Positions 1 through 9,176 of a DNA stretch of 64,000 nucleotides are shown in pieces (the stretch's first letter is position 1; each line of letters opens with the position of its first letter). The stretch comes from an uncultured delta proteobacterium (lineage in GTDB: Bacteria > Desulfobacterota > BSN033 > UBA1163), in NCBI GenBank assembly GCA_963827685.1, contig CAWHBU010000002.1, forward strand, positions 416,001 through 480,000. Reading direction: 5' to 3'. The notes under the pieces are model-generated. The model had not been told where the DNA came from and made no database searches. It saw only the letters and a list, made by a program, of their open reading frames with translations. A program made the position numbers and the translations under genes.

Positions 1-1
1 A

Positions 2-1855
2 CCGGGTTATGCCAACTTCATCGCTGAGGCAAAGGCCTCCATGAGGGTGGTGGATGGAGCCATCATCGTTGTCAGTGGGAATTCGGGGGTGAAGGTTCAA
101 ACCGAGACAGTATGGGGATATGCCAATGAGTTTCAAGTCCCACGGATCCTCTATGTCAGCAAAATGGACACAGAGCGGGCCAATTTCCTCAAAGTCGTCG
201 AAGAGGTAAAGAAGACTTTTCCTTCTCAACCGGTTGTTCCTGTCCAACTTCCTATCGGAGGAGAGGGAAATTTTAAAGGAGTGGTAGATTTGATTCAGAG
301 AAAGGCCTATTTCTACCGAGAAGACGGAAGTGGTCAATTCGAGCTCAAGGATGTTCCTGCGGACATGAAAGAAGAGGTAGAACGACTTCGTGAGAAGTTG
401 GTCGAGACCGCAGTAGAAATGGACGATCAATTAATGGAAAAATATTTAGAGTCAGGAGAGGTGTCCATAGAGGAAATTATTCGGTGTCTTCGAAAAGGGA
501 CCATGGAAAGGAAATTGGTACCTGCCGCTTGTGGTTCCTCCATCCGAAATATAGGGATTCAACCCCTTCTGGATCTGGCGATCTCCTGCTTTCCTTCACC
601 TTTAGAAAGAGGTTCAGTTCAAGGAAAGAATCCCAGGACGGGAGAACCTGAAACGCGTGACCCTAAAGAAGATGCGCCGTTCTCTGCTTTTGTATTTAAA
701 ACGGTCGCTGATCCTTTTGCCGGAAAGCTGAATCTCTTCAGGGTATATTCTGGATCGGCGAATGCAGATTCTACCCTCTACAATTCCAAAAAGGACGTGA
801 AGGAGAGAATCGGCCAGATTTTCTTGTTGGAGGGGAAAAAGCAGAAGCCGGTAGGCTTCGCCGGTGTGGGGGATATCGTGGCGGTTGCCAAGTTAAAGGA
901 GACCACCACAGGTGACACCTTCTCCGATGAGAAAAAGCCCATTATGTTTGAAGAAACCAAACTACCTCTCCCCGTGATCTCCTATGCGCTGACCCCAAAA
1001 AGCAAAGGGGATGAGGACAAGATCACCGCCTCGCTGGCGCGCATCCACGAGGAAGACCCGACGATGATGTTAGGCCGAGATGAACAAACCGGTGAGATCA
1101 TTCTCTCGGGTGTGGGGCAGACCCATGTGGAGGTGATCGTTGAAAAATTGAAAAGAAAATTCGGAGTGGAGGTGAACCTCAGTGTCCCGAAAGTTCCTTA
1201 CAAAGAGACAATTCGTGGATCAAAGACCGGTGTGATTTACCGTCACAAGAAACAGACCGGTGGCCGGGGGCAGTTTGCTGAAGTCCATTTCGATATTTCT
1301 TCTCTTCCACGGGGATCGGGTTTCGAATTCGACAATGCTCTCAGCGGGATGAACGTCCCAAGAAACTTTGTTCCAGCGGTGGAGAAGGGAGTTGCTGAAG
1401 CCATGCAAAGTGGAGTCCTGGCTGGCTATCCTGTAGTGGATGTGAAAGTCCGTTTTTATGATGGAAAATCTCACGAGGTCGATTCTTCGGAAATGGCTTT
1501 CAAGATCGCTGCGATCATGGCCTTTAAAAAGGGGGTACAGGAAGCCAACCCCGTGCTTCTTGAGCCTATTATGAAAGTGGTGGTGACGGCACCGGATGAG
1601 AACATCGGTGATGTGATCGGTGACCTCAACAGTCGCCGGGGAAGGGTTTTGAGAGTCGATGGCAAAGGAAATTATCAAATGATCGAGGCCAATGTCCCCA
1701 TGTCAGAAATGTTGAAATATGCCCCGGACCTTAACTCCAAGACAGGTGGGCGTGGAACCTTCACGATGGAATTTTCCCATTATGAAGAAGTTCCCGGACA
1801 ATTGGCTGAGAAGGTGATTGCTCAGGCTAAGAAGGATAAAGAGAAAGAGGATTAA
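2..1855 (+). CDS. fusA: Elongation factor G paralog (EF-G2-like), 5' end outside window
   Basis: Frame is open from position 2 (PGYANFIAEAKASM...). EF-G motifs: EEDPT, KKQTGGRGQF, YDGKSHEVDSSEMAF, LLEPIM, GDLNSRRG. Confidence 0.93.
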   Translation, partial: PGYANFIAEAKASMRVVDGAIIVVSGNSGVKVQTETVWGYANEFQVPRILYVSKMDTERANFLKVVEEVKKTFPSQPVVPVQLPIGGEGNFKGVVDLIQRKAYFYREDGSGQFELKDVPADMKEEVERLREKLVETAVEMDDQLMEKYLESGEVSIEEIIRCLRKGTMERKLVPAACGSSIRNIGIQPLLDLAISCFPSPLERGSVQGKNPRTGEPETRDPKEDAPFSAFVFKTVADPFAGKLNLFRVYSGSANADSTLYNSKKDVKERIGQIFLLEGKKQKPVGFAGVGDIVAVAKLKETTTGDTFSDEKKPIMFEETKLPLPVISYALTPKSKGDEDKITASLARIHEEDPTMMLGRDEQTGEIILSGVGQTHVEVIVEKLKRKFGVEVNLSVPKVPYKETIRGSKTGVIYRHKKQTGGRGQFAEVHFDISSLPRGSGFEFDNALSGMNVPRNFVPAVEKGVAEAMQSGVLAGYPVVDVKVRFYDGKSHEVDSSEMAFKIAAIMAFKKGVQEANPVLLEPIMKVVVTAPDENIGDVIGDLNSRRGRVLRVDGKGNYQMIEANVPMSEMLKYAPDLNSKTGGRGTFTMEFSHYEEVPGQLAEKVIAQAKKDKEKED

Positions 1856-1965
1856 GAATTAAGAGTTATGAGTTATGAATTGAGAATTCACAAATTACAA
1901 GTCACGCGTCACGAGGAACAAATTTCAGATAAAAGTAGCGGACACGTGGCGCGGACACGATAAAT

Positions 1966-2412
1966 ATGAAGGCCGTGATCCAAAGGGTAAAATCTGCCCA
2001 GGTTTGTGTGGATGGCCGAGTATCTGGAAAGATTGGAAAGGGCCTTCTGGTGCTCCTCGGTGTGGGAAAAGGGGACGGAGAGAGTGATCTCTCTTTTTTG
2101 ACCTCCAAGATACCTGAACTCAGAATCTTCGAAGACGACTTCGGAAAGTTTAACCTTTCTTTAAAAGAGATAGATGGAGAGATATTGGTCGTCTCCCAGT
2201 TCACTCTTTTCGGCGATTGCCGGAAAGGGAGGAGACCTTCTTTTACAGAAGCAGAAGAACCATCCACTGCGAAACATCTCTATGAACAATTCATTTTAAA
2301 ATTGAAGGAACGAGGCGTTCCGGTCCAGACAGGGGAATTTCAGGCGAAGATGGAGGTTCATCTCGTCAACGATGGACCTGTGACACTTCTATTGGATAGC
2401 AGACAAGGATAG
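1966..2412 (+). CDS. dtd: D-aminoacyl-tRNA deacylase
   Basis: MKAVIQRV start, SQFTL, KGRRPSF and NDGPVT motifs. Confidence 0.97.
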   Translation: MKAVIQRVKSAQVCVDGRVSGKIGKGLLVLLGVGKGDGESDLSFLTSKIPELRIFEDDFGKFNLSLKEIDGEILVVSQFTLFGDCRKGRRPSFTEAEEPSTAKHLYEQFILKLKERGVPVQTGEFQAKMEVHLVNDGPVTLLLDSRQG

Positions 2413-2423
2413 GGGAATAAATC

Positions 2424-3932
2424 ATGAGAAGGTGCATTTACCTCATTTTCTTAATCAGTTTTTTTCTCCTTGCGGGTTCTACAACAATAGCCCAGATTTC
2501 TAAGGGAGGAAAGGAGATGGGGATGAAAGAGATCAGAGAGCCAGTTGTTGCAGGGGCATTTTATCCCGATAACCCGGAAGTTCTTTCACGGGACGTGAAG
2601 CGTTATCTTGAAAATGCGAAGAAGGAGAAGTTGGAAGGGGAAATCGTTGCTCTGATCTCACCTCACGCTGGATATATGTATTCCGGCCAAGTAGCAGCCT
2701 ATGCCTATAAACTAATCGAGGGAAAGGCGTTTGATTCGGTTGTCGTGGTCGCGCCCAGCCATCGGGCTCTTTTTAAAGGTGCCTCCCTTTATGATCGGGG
2801 AAGCTTCCGAACCCCCCTGGGCGTTGTTCTTATTGACGCTGAACTTTCCAAAAAGATGATGGAGAAGCGGAAAGAGATTCAATTTCTTCCCGAGGCTCAT
2901 TCCCAGGAGCATTCGTTGGAAGTTCAAATTCCTTTCTTACAAGTCGTTTTAAAATCGTTTAAACTGGTTCCCATTGTAATGGAGCCCTACTGGAGCTGGG
3001 AAACCTGCCAATACCTCGCCTCAGCCATTGCCGAGGCTGTGAGAGGGAAAAAGGTCTTATTAGTTGCAAGTTCAGACCTCTCCCATTTTCATTCTTATGA
3101 TGAAGCGGTTAAACTCGATAAGATCGTTCTGAATCATATCGATCGATTCGACCCAGAAGGATTGAACCGAGATCTAAAGGATGGACGTTGTGAAGCCTGC
3201 GGCGGAGGGCCAATCATTTCTATCATGCTGGCAGCCAAAGCACTGGGGGCGAATAGGGGGAAGGTGCTCAAATATCTCAACTCTGGAGATGTGACTGGGG
3301 ATCGGGGCCGAGTGGTAGGTTACGCGGCTGGCGTTTTATATAAGACAGCCGGGGGGAAAGAGAAGATGAAAGATGAAAAGAAAGTTGGTGTCGATTTGGG
3401 TTTAAAGGAAGAGGAAAAGAAGACCCTCCATCATATTGCGAGAACAGTGATTGAGAATAAGGCAAGAGGAAAGGCCGTCCCAGAGTTCAAGATCGAATCG
3501 CCCGTTCTGAAGGAGAATCGGGGGGCCTTTGTGACCATTCAAAAAAGAGGACAACTGAGGGGTTGCATTGGTTACATTGAAGGGCATGGACCACTTCATA
3601 AGACGATTGAGAAAATGGCTGAGGCTGCGGCATTCAATGATCCCCGTTTCACCCCTGTTAAGGAAAAAGAACTTCCAGAACTCGATATTGAAATATCCGT
3701 TTTAACTCCCCTCAAGAGGATCACAGATGTCAATGAAATTCAAGTTGGGAAACACGGGATCTACATTAAGAAAGAATGGTTCTCAGGTCTTCTACTCCCC
3801 CAGGTCGCTACAGAATACGGATGGGATCGTCAGACCTTTTTAGAACACACCTGTCAGAAGGCAGGCCTTCCTTCCAATGCGTGGAAAGAAAAGGATATAG
3901 AAATCTATATTTTTTCGGCAGATATCTTTTAA
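2424..3932 (+). CDS. AmmeMemoRadiSam system protein B (MEMO1) - protein A (AMMECR1) fusion
   Basis: MEMO motifs AGAFYP, PHAGYMYSG, EHSLEVQ, SSDLSH, ACGGG; AMMECR1 motifs LRGCIG, DPRF, LLLPQV. Alternative start at 2517 has a strong RBS. Confidence 0.9.
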   Translation: MRRCIYLIFLISFFLLAGSTTIAQISKGGKEMGMKEIREPVVAGAFYPDNPEVLSRDVKRYLENAKKEKLEGEIVALISPHAGYMYSGQVAAYAYKLIEGKAFDSVVVVAPSHRALFKGASLYDRGSFRTPLGVVLIDAELSKKMMEKRKEIQFLPEAHSQEHSLEVQIPFLQVVLKSFKLVPIVMEPYWSWETCQYLASAIAEAVRGKKVLLVASSDLSHFHSYDEAVKLDKIVLNHIDRFDPEGLNRDLKDGRCEACGGGPIISIMLAAKALGANRGKVLKYLNSGDVTGDRGRVVGYAAGVLYKTAGGKEKMKDEKKVGVDLGLKEEEKKTLHHIARTVIENKARGKAVPEFKIESPVLKENRGAFVTIQKRGQLRGCIGYIEGHGPLHKTIEKMAEAAAFNDPRFTPVKEKELPELDIEISVLTPLKRITDVNEIQVGKHGIYIKKEWFSGLLLPQVATEYGWDRQTFLEHTCQKAGLPSNAWKEKDIEIYIFSADIF

Positions 3933-3948
3933 CCCGCTCATCCCTTCG

Positions 3949-4101
3949 TCATTCGATTTTGTATTGTTTTACAATGGCGGTTAACTGTTTGCCCAGGTCA
4001 TTCAGGTTTTAGGCTGCTTGGTCCACCTGCTGCATGCCTTTCTGCATTTGCACCGCCCCTTGATTGATATTCTCCATCGCCCGTGTGATCTGATCCATTC
4101 C
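3949..4101 (-). pseudogene. Methyl-accepting chemotaxis protein C-terminal fragment
   Basis: Hand translation: GMDQITRAMENINQGAVQMQKGMQQVDQAA*NLNDLGKQLTAIVKQYKIE*, an MCP methylation-helix pattern with an internal TAA at 4009-4011. Confidence 0.75.
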
Positions 4102-4605
4102 GGATACTTTTATTTTCCTGAAACCTGCCCAGTGCCGGATGAATATCATTCACCGTCGAAATGAGTAAGGGTCAAAAGCAGACTTGACCCCTTTTCTTCC
4201 TCTTGTGGCGGTGAGAAGAGAAGTGCATTGTTGAGAGAATTGGCAGAGAGAGAATGGATGGACGGGGAGGAACTAAGGGTGGTGAGGAGAGCGAGAGAGA
4301 TTGTGAGAGTGACAAAGCATCTTTGAGGTGGCGGTGCGGGGGTACGGGTATCCGGCCCTTAGTTGTTTCCCACGATTTTTCTTGAAATGATTGCAGGAAA
4401 TTCATTAAATTTTGTTGCTTTTTTTTAAAAGTGTAGTATAACTTCTTATGTTTAATCTTATATATTTATCCAAAAAAGGGATTTCTTCACAAACAAAGAA
4501 TTAGTTGTTTTACAGGATGTCTCCTGACAGGAACGTATAACCATAGCATTGCAGCACGGTTAATATGACATCAACCATATTAATTTTCTAACCGGAGATT
4601 GGATT

Positions 4606-5007
4606 ATGGACAAAGAACTTATCCTAGACAACGAAAATATGACCATATGGTATTATCCTCACAAAAAAATCGTCCACCATGAATTTCATAAATTTACGTA
4701 TGGGAAGACATTGCGGGACGGATTAAGTGCAGGAGCTGCAATATTAGAGGAAAAGGGGGCTCAAAAATGGTTATCAGATGACAGGAAGAATACTGGTCTC
4801 GGTAAAGATGACATGGATTGGACTGCGACTGTTTGGAGGCCTCGAGTCATAAAGGCAGGATGGAAATATTGGGCTCTTGTTCTCCCGGAAAAAATTCTAG
4901 GACAGATGAGTATGAAACGAATAATCGAAGAATATGCCAATACTGGCGTTACGGTACAGATATTCAGCGACCCCGATGAAGCCATGAGGTGGCTTGAGAC
5001 CCAATAG
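4606..5007 (+). CDS. SpoIIAA-like / STAS-SEC14 domain protein
   Basis: 133 aa; KWLSDDR and C-terminal FSDPDEAMRWL are typical of this family; RBS ggag. Confidence 0.7.
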   Translation: MDKELILDNENMTIWYYPHKKIVHHEFHKFTYGKTLRDGLSAGAAILEEKGAQKWLSDDRKNTGLGKDDMDWTATVWRPRVIKAGWKYWALVLPEKILGQMSMKRIIEEYANTGVTVQIFSDPDEAMRWLETQ

Positions 5008-5143
5008 GCTGCCAATAGATGGTATGAGCTTATATGTATGCTTTTTAACTCCACGAAAGATCAAGTTTTTCGGGACGAACCTATCTCTTCAATAAATTTA
5101 TAGAAGTCGTTTGTGTTCTGATTGTTTTCATTTCTCTTGTTTT

Positions 5144-5298
5144 GTACCAGTTTAGTCCCTATCTTACCCGCCGCTATCGAGACATCAGCTTGAATTGTTA
5201 TACAGGGCCGCTTGGGCCGTTGCCGTATCCGCAGTGAGGAGGGTTTGCAGGAATTCCCTTGGATGGATGCCTTGTCTTCTGGCAGTTTGCACTAAAAA
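5144..5298 (-). pseudogene. IS66-like transposase C-terminal remnant with right end
   Basis: LVQTARRQGIHPREFLQTLL...* resembles the TnpC C-terminus; end GTACCAGTTTAG at 5144; truncated by the adjacent element. Confidence 0.5.
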
Positions 5299-5377
5299 TG
5301 AGCTAACTACCAGATCGTAAGCTAAAGAAGAAGGGAGAAATGGGTGACACTCCTGAGAAGGAGAAAGGAGTGTACCC

Positions 5378-7324
5378 ATGGAGAATGTAGCAGGAGTTAA
5401 GAAGAAGGGCAAGAGGAAAGGAAGTCGGTATGGGAAGCGGTATGGGGTTGAGTTCAAGCTTCGGTGTGTGAAGTTACGATTAGAAGAAGGGTTACCAGTT
5501 TCTTTGTTGTCCGAGGAGGCAGGAGCCAGTAAAGATGTCATTCGTCGTTGGGTGAAGGCATATCAGGAACGGGGAGAAGCGGGGTTACGGAATCGTATTA
5601 TATCCTCGGGGAGACGACGGAAGCTTCCCGGACCAGTACGCGAGAAGATCGTCGAGATCAAGAAGCGTGAGCCTCTCTTTGGTGTCAAGCGGATTTCCCA
5701 TCTTTTAAAGCGTGCGTTCTTCCTCAGCGCGAGCCCGGAGACAGTCCGTCGGACGCTGCGGGCAGAATCGTTGATTGTTCCTTCCAGAAAGAAACACCAT
5801 CGCAACATCACCCGTCCTCGGTTTTTTGAGCGGTCGACACCGAATCAATTGTGGCAGTCGGACATCTTCACCTTTCGCCTGGGGGGTCGGTATGCCTATT
5901 TGATCGGGTTTATCGACGATTACTCGCGGTACATGGCGGGTTTGGAGTTATACCGGAGCCAGACGGCGGATCAGGTACTGGAGGTGTATCGTCGGGCAGT
6001 TGGGGAGTATGGGGTACCGAAGGAGGTGTTGACAGATCGGGGACGGCAATATACGAACTGGCGGGGATCGACTCGGTTTGAGCGGGAGTTACGGAAGGAC
6101 CGAGTCAGACACATTAAGTCCCAGGCCCATCATCCGATGACGCTGGGGAAGGTGGAGCGGTTTTGGAAGACGATCTATGAGGAGTTTTTGGTACGGGCGC
6201 AGTTTGGGAGTTTTGAGGAGGCGAGAGAGAGGATTCGGCAGTGGGTGCAGTATTACAATTACAAGCGGCCTCACCAGGGGATTGGAGGGCTGTGTCCTGC
6301 GGATCGGTACTTTGAGATCCAGGCAGAGCTGCGAAAGACGATGGAGCAAGGGATCGCAGAGAATGTGCTGGAGATGGCCTTGCGGGGGAAGCCGCGGGAG
6401 CCGTTTTACATGGTAGGGCGGATGGAGGGGCAGTCGGTGGTCTTACGGGCGGAGAAGGGAAAGCTGCGTTTGATGGTGGATGATGAAGAGGGCGGTGGAA
6501 AGCAGGAGATGATCTATGAAGTTGGCGCCAAAGGAGAAGAGAAAGATCGTTCTATTAAGAGGGAGGAGAGCGATGGACAAGGTAGAGAAGCCGAAGGTAG
6601 AGAGGTCAGGGATAGAGGACAAGAGAGGGAGGAAGGTTTCGGGGCACACGGCGGAGGAGAAGTGCCGGGCGGTGTTGTCGGTATGGACGGAGAGACGCAA
6701 ACCCGGAGAGGTTTGCCAGGAGTTGGGAGTCGCGTGGAGTTTATTGAACCAGTGGCAGGAGCGGGCGATGGAGGGGATGCTCTTGGCATTGCAGTCACGG
6801 GTTGCGGTGATGGAGAAGAGAGTGGCATTGAACTCGCGTCTTGCGGTATTGTTGGAGCGGAAGAGCAAGGGAGGAGCGATGAAAGGATTGGAGCGGCGTT
6901 TGGCGAGACTGCAGGGAAGTCCGGTGGCCAAGCCAGGAGAGTTGAAGGAGGTTGGGGCAGAGAAGAAGGTCTGACAATCTACAGGGAGATTTTGGATGGA
7001 GGAAAGGAAACGGCGGCACGAGAGGGAGAAGGAACAGAAACTTGCACGGGAGCGGGCGCTGGTGATTCTCCAGGTGCGCAGTGGAGCCTTAACTGCAAAG
7101 GAGGGAGCGCAGCGGCTGGGGGTGTCGCGCAAGACGTATTACGAGTGGGAGGAGAAGTCGCTCAAAGCCATGGCCCTGGCGTTGGAGAATCATCCTGCGG
7201 GAAGACCGCCTGTGCCTGTGGACGAAGAGAAGGAGACGCTTCTGGAGCGGATCCAGGAATTGGAGAAGAAGCTGGATGTCGCGAAGCAGACCACCAAGGT
7301 GAAAGAGTTCCTGGGGGTGTATGA
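5378..7324 (+). CDS. IS481-family-like DDE transposase with long low-complexity tail
   Basis: N-terminal HTH; rve core WQSDIF, IDDYSR, LTDRGRQY, GKVERFW, YNYKRPH. Confidence 0.88.
   Translation: MENVAGVKKKGKRKGSRYGKRYGVEFKLRCVKLRLEEGLPVSLLSEEAGASKDVIRRWVKAYQERGEAGLRNRIISSGRRRKLPGPVREKIVEIKKREPLFGVKRISHLLKRAFFLSASPETVRRTLRAESLIVPSRKKHHRNITRPRFFERSTPNQLWQSDIFTFRLGGRYAYLIGFIDDYSRYMAGLELYRSQTADQVLEVYRRAVGEYGVPKEVLTDRGRQYTNWRGSTRFERELRKDRVRHIKSQAHHPMTLGKVERFWKTIYEEFLVRAQFGSFEEARERIRQWVQYYNYKRPHQGIGGLCPADRYFEIQAELRKTMEQGIAENVLEMALRGKPREPFYMVGRMEGQSVVLRAEKGKLRLMVDDEEGGGKQEMIYEVGAKGEEKDRSIKREESDGQGREAEGREVRDRGQEREEGFGAHGGGEVPGGVVGMDGETQTRRGLPGVGSRVEFIEPVAGAGDGGDALGIAVTGCGDGEESGIELASCGIVGAEEQGRSDERIGAAFGETAGKSGGQARRVEGGWGREEGLTIYREILDGGKETAAREGEGTETCTGAGAGDSPGAQWSLNCKGGSAAAGGVAQDVLRVGGEVAQSHGPGVGESSCGKTACACGRREGDASGADPGIGEEAGCREADHQGERVPGGV
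6573..6974 (+). CDS. Transposase-associated HTH protein (nested in another frame of the transposase tail)
   Basis: RBS GGAGGA; HTAEEKCRAVLSVW...VCQELGVAWSLLNQWQ resembles an OrfA-type HTH. Confidence 0.7.
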   Translation: MDKVEKPKVERSGIEDKRGRKVSGHTAEEKCRAVLSVWTERRKPGEVCQELGVAWSLLNQWQERAMEGMLLALQSRVAVMEKRVALNSRLAVLLERKSKGGAMKGLERRLARLQGSPVAKPGELKEVGAEKKV

Positions 7325-7364
7325 GGAGTTTCGGGACCGCGGCGGCGCTAAAAAAAAACAATAG
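6996..7364 (+). CDS. OrfA-like HTH/coiled-coil protein
   Basis: TAKEGAQRLGVSRKTYYEWE HTH and GRP motif; ends in an A9 run. Confidence 0.78.
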   Translation: MEERKRRHEREKEQKLARERALVILQVRSGALTAKEGAQRLGVSRKTYYEWEEKSLKAMALALENHPAGRPPVPVDEEKETLLERIQELEKKLDVAKQTTKVKEFLGVYEEFRDRGGAKKKQ

Positions 7365-8446
7365 ATCGGCAAGAAGCGATCAGAAAGGTTGTAGAGACGA
7401 TTGAGAGTATGAAGGAACGGACAGGGATGCCTTATGGGATGATTTGCAAGACGCTTCAGCTCCCTTTAGCGAGTTTTAACCGGTGGCGCTTCAGGATCAA
7501 GGAAAACGTTGTTTTAATCAATCGTCCGGGTCCGAAGAAGGTACAACCGTTTGATCCTTCGGTTCTTGACACGGAGGTTCAATCGTTAGATCATGGGGTG
7601 AAGCGGAGTGTAGGAACAACCGGCTTATATCAACGGTACCGGTTTAGTGTGTCACGGCGGGAGCTGGGGCGAATGGTGGAGCGGGTACGGCACGACCTGG
7701 AGTCGGATCGCCGTGCCCATCTTCGCTGGATCGAATGGCTGACGCCAGGGGTAGTGTGGGCTATGGACTTCACGGCATATGACCTGGGGATAGCCGGTAA
7801 AATCTATTTGCACAATACGCAGGATCTGGGCTCGCGGTACAAGTTTTTGCCGATGGCCGGAGAGTATCCGGTTGGAGAAGAGGTGGCTGGATATCTGAGC
7901 GAGAAGTTTGATCGGTATGGCACGCCTCTGGTGTTGAAGCGGGATAATGAAGGGAATATGAACCACACCGCCATCAACGATGTATTAGCCGAATCATTTG
8001 TTCTACCTTTGAACAATCCGGAGTATTATGCACCCTACAATGGAGCAATCGAAGAGTCACAACGAGAGGTGAAGACAACTCTACGGAAGAAAATTATGTT
8101 GGGTTTGCATGGCTACCGGGATCATATCGCTGCGTATGCGGAAGCTGCGGTCAATGATCTGAACCATCGGATCCGGCCTTGCCTGAATGGGAAGACATCC
8201 TGTCAGGCATTCTTTGAATCTGGCAACAGACCGGCTTTTACGAAACGGCAAAGGAGGGGAATCTATGATTGGGTAATGGAAAGGGTGGAAAGGATTTTGT
8301 TGGCAATGAATCAATCTGGACTGGCTGTCAGAGAATCAGCCTGGAGGATCGCGGTGGAATCCTGGCTCCAATCCAGTGGACATATCAGGGTTCACATCAA
8401 TAAAAAGTGTCACCCAATTTTACCCCTTTTTTTAGCTCATGAATAG
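7352..8446 (+). CDS. Second DDE/integrase-core transposase (OrfB-like, probably fused to OrfA by -1 frameshift at A9, 7350-7358)
   Basis: WAMDFT, LKRDNEG and YNGAIEESQ catalytic motifs; the -1 frame is open from 7352 to the ATG at 7409. Confidence 0.8.
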   Translation, partial: KKTIDRQEAIRKVVETIESMKERTGMPYGMICKTLQLPLASFNRWRFRIKENVVLINRPGPKKVQPFDPSVLDTEVQSLDHGVKRSVGTTGLYQRYRFSVSRRELGRMVERVRHDLESDRRAHLRWIEWLTPGVVWAMDFTAYDLGIAGKIYLHNTQDLGSRYKFLPMAGEYPVGEEVAGYLSEKFDRYGTPLVLKRDNEGNMNHTAINDVLAESFVLPLNNPEYYAPYNGAIEESQREVKTTLRKKIMLGLHGYRDHIAAYAEAAVNDLNHRIRPCLNGKTSCQAFFESGNRPAFTKRQRRGIYDWVMERVERILLAMNQSGLAVRESAWRIAVESWLQSSGHIRVHINKKCHPILPLFLAHE

Positions 8447-8464
8447 GTAGCGTGTACAATCGAG

Positions 8465-9064
8465 TCAACCCCGTTTGAAAGGGCCGTGCTTTACCCTGTC
8501 CTTTCTGTTAGAAATTGCATCTTTTTTGATATCATCCCCACCATCATTGGCGGGGTTTTCTAACGGGGTCAACCTGTCGACCCTTTCCACACCATTGTTC
8601 GGCAACAACCGAGAGGCGTCGAGGACCAATATCATGGTATCCTCCTGCTGGACGGCCGCTGAAAGAAAGCGCGACTGCGACACAGCCGCTGGAGGAGATT
8701 GGATCTGCTTTGATGAAAATTCAAGAATGTTCAACACTTCATCTACAATGACTGCCACCGTTTGGTCCTGGATCTGAACGATCAAGAGGACATCCTGCAA
8801 TTCAGGATGATTGCCCGCTTGGCCGAAAAGCCTTCTCAAGTCAATCACTGGCAGCATCTGTCCAGCCATTGCGATAATCCCCAACATCGAATTAGGCGCA
8901 TCGGGAATCGGGGTTACGGCCACCATACGTACCGCTCGACTCACATGATCCAATGGCAAGGCATAGCGCTGCTGATCAATCCGGAAAACAACATAGTGTC
9001 TGGACTTGCCCTCTGATTGAGAAGGCTCGGTCACTTTTTGCATTGATAAGGCTGCGAGGTCCAT
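8465..9064 (-). CDS. cheW: CheW-like chemotaxis adaptor
   Basis: YVVFRIDQQRYAL, VTPIPDAP, GQMLPVIDLRRLF, AVIVDEV, LVLDASRLL; the C-terminal ~34 aa derive from the MITE. Confidence 0.88.
   Translation of the reverse strand: MDLAALSMQKVTEPSQSEGKSRHYVVFRIDQQRYALPLDHVSRAVRMVAVTPIPDAPNSMLGIIAMAGQMLPVIDLRRLFGQAGNHPELQDVLLIVQIQDQTVAVIVDEVLNILEFSSKQIQSPPAAVSQSRFLSAAVQQEDTMILVLDASRLLPNNGVERVDRLTPLENPANDGGDDIKKDAISNRKDRVKHGPFKRG
8469..8568. mobile_element. 100-bp MITE
   Basis: TIR CCCCGTTTGAAA / TTTCTAACGGGG, flanked by a TCAA duplication. Confidence 0.75.
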
Positions 9065-9074
9065 ATCCTGTTCA

Positions 9075-9175
9075 CCCCGTTGGAAAGCCCCGCATTTTAT
9101 GTGCGGGGCTGACCTGGATTTGTATTTCCTTCCTTATAGAAAGATCGAGTAAAAGCCCCGTGATTTCTAACGGGG
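9075..9175. mobile_element. 101-bp MITE (same family)
   Basis: TIR CCCCGTTGGAAA / TTTCTAACGGGG, flanked by a TTCA duplication. Confidence 0.75.
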
Positions 9176-9176
9176 T

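Larger units (their letters stand above)
5299..8458 (+). mobile_element. Dual-transposase IS-like element (IS481-like ORF + HTH ORF + IS3-like frameshifted ORF pair)
   Basis: 45-bp imperfect inverted repeats at 5307-5351 and 8406-8450 (CTACC...CTAAA...GGGTGACACT); outer termini TG...CA; no TSD seen. Confidence 0.8.
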
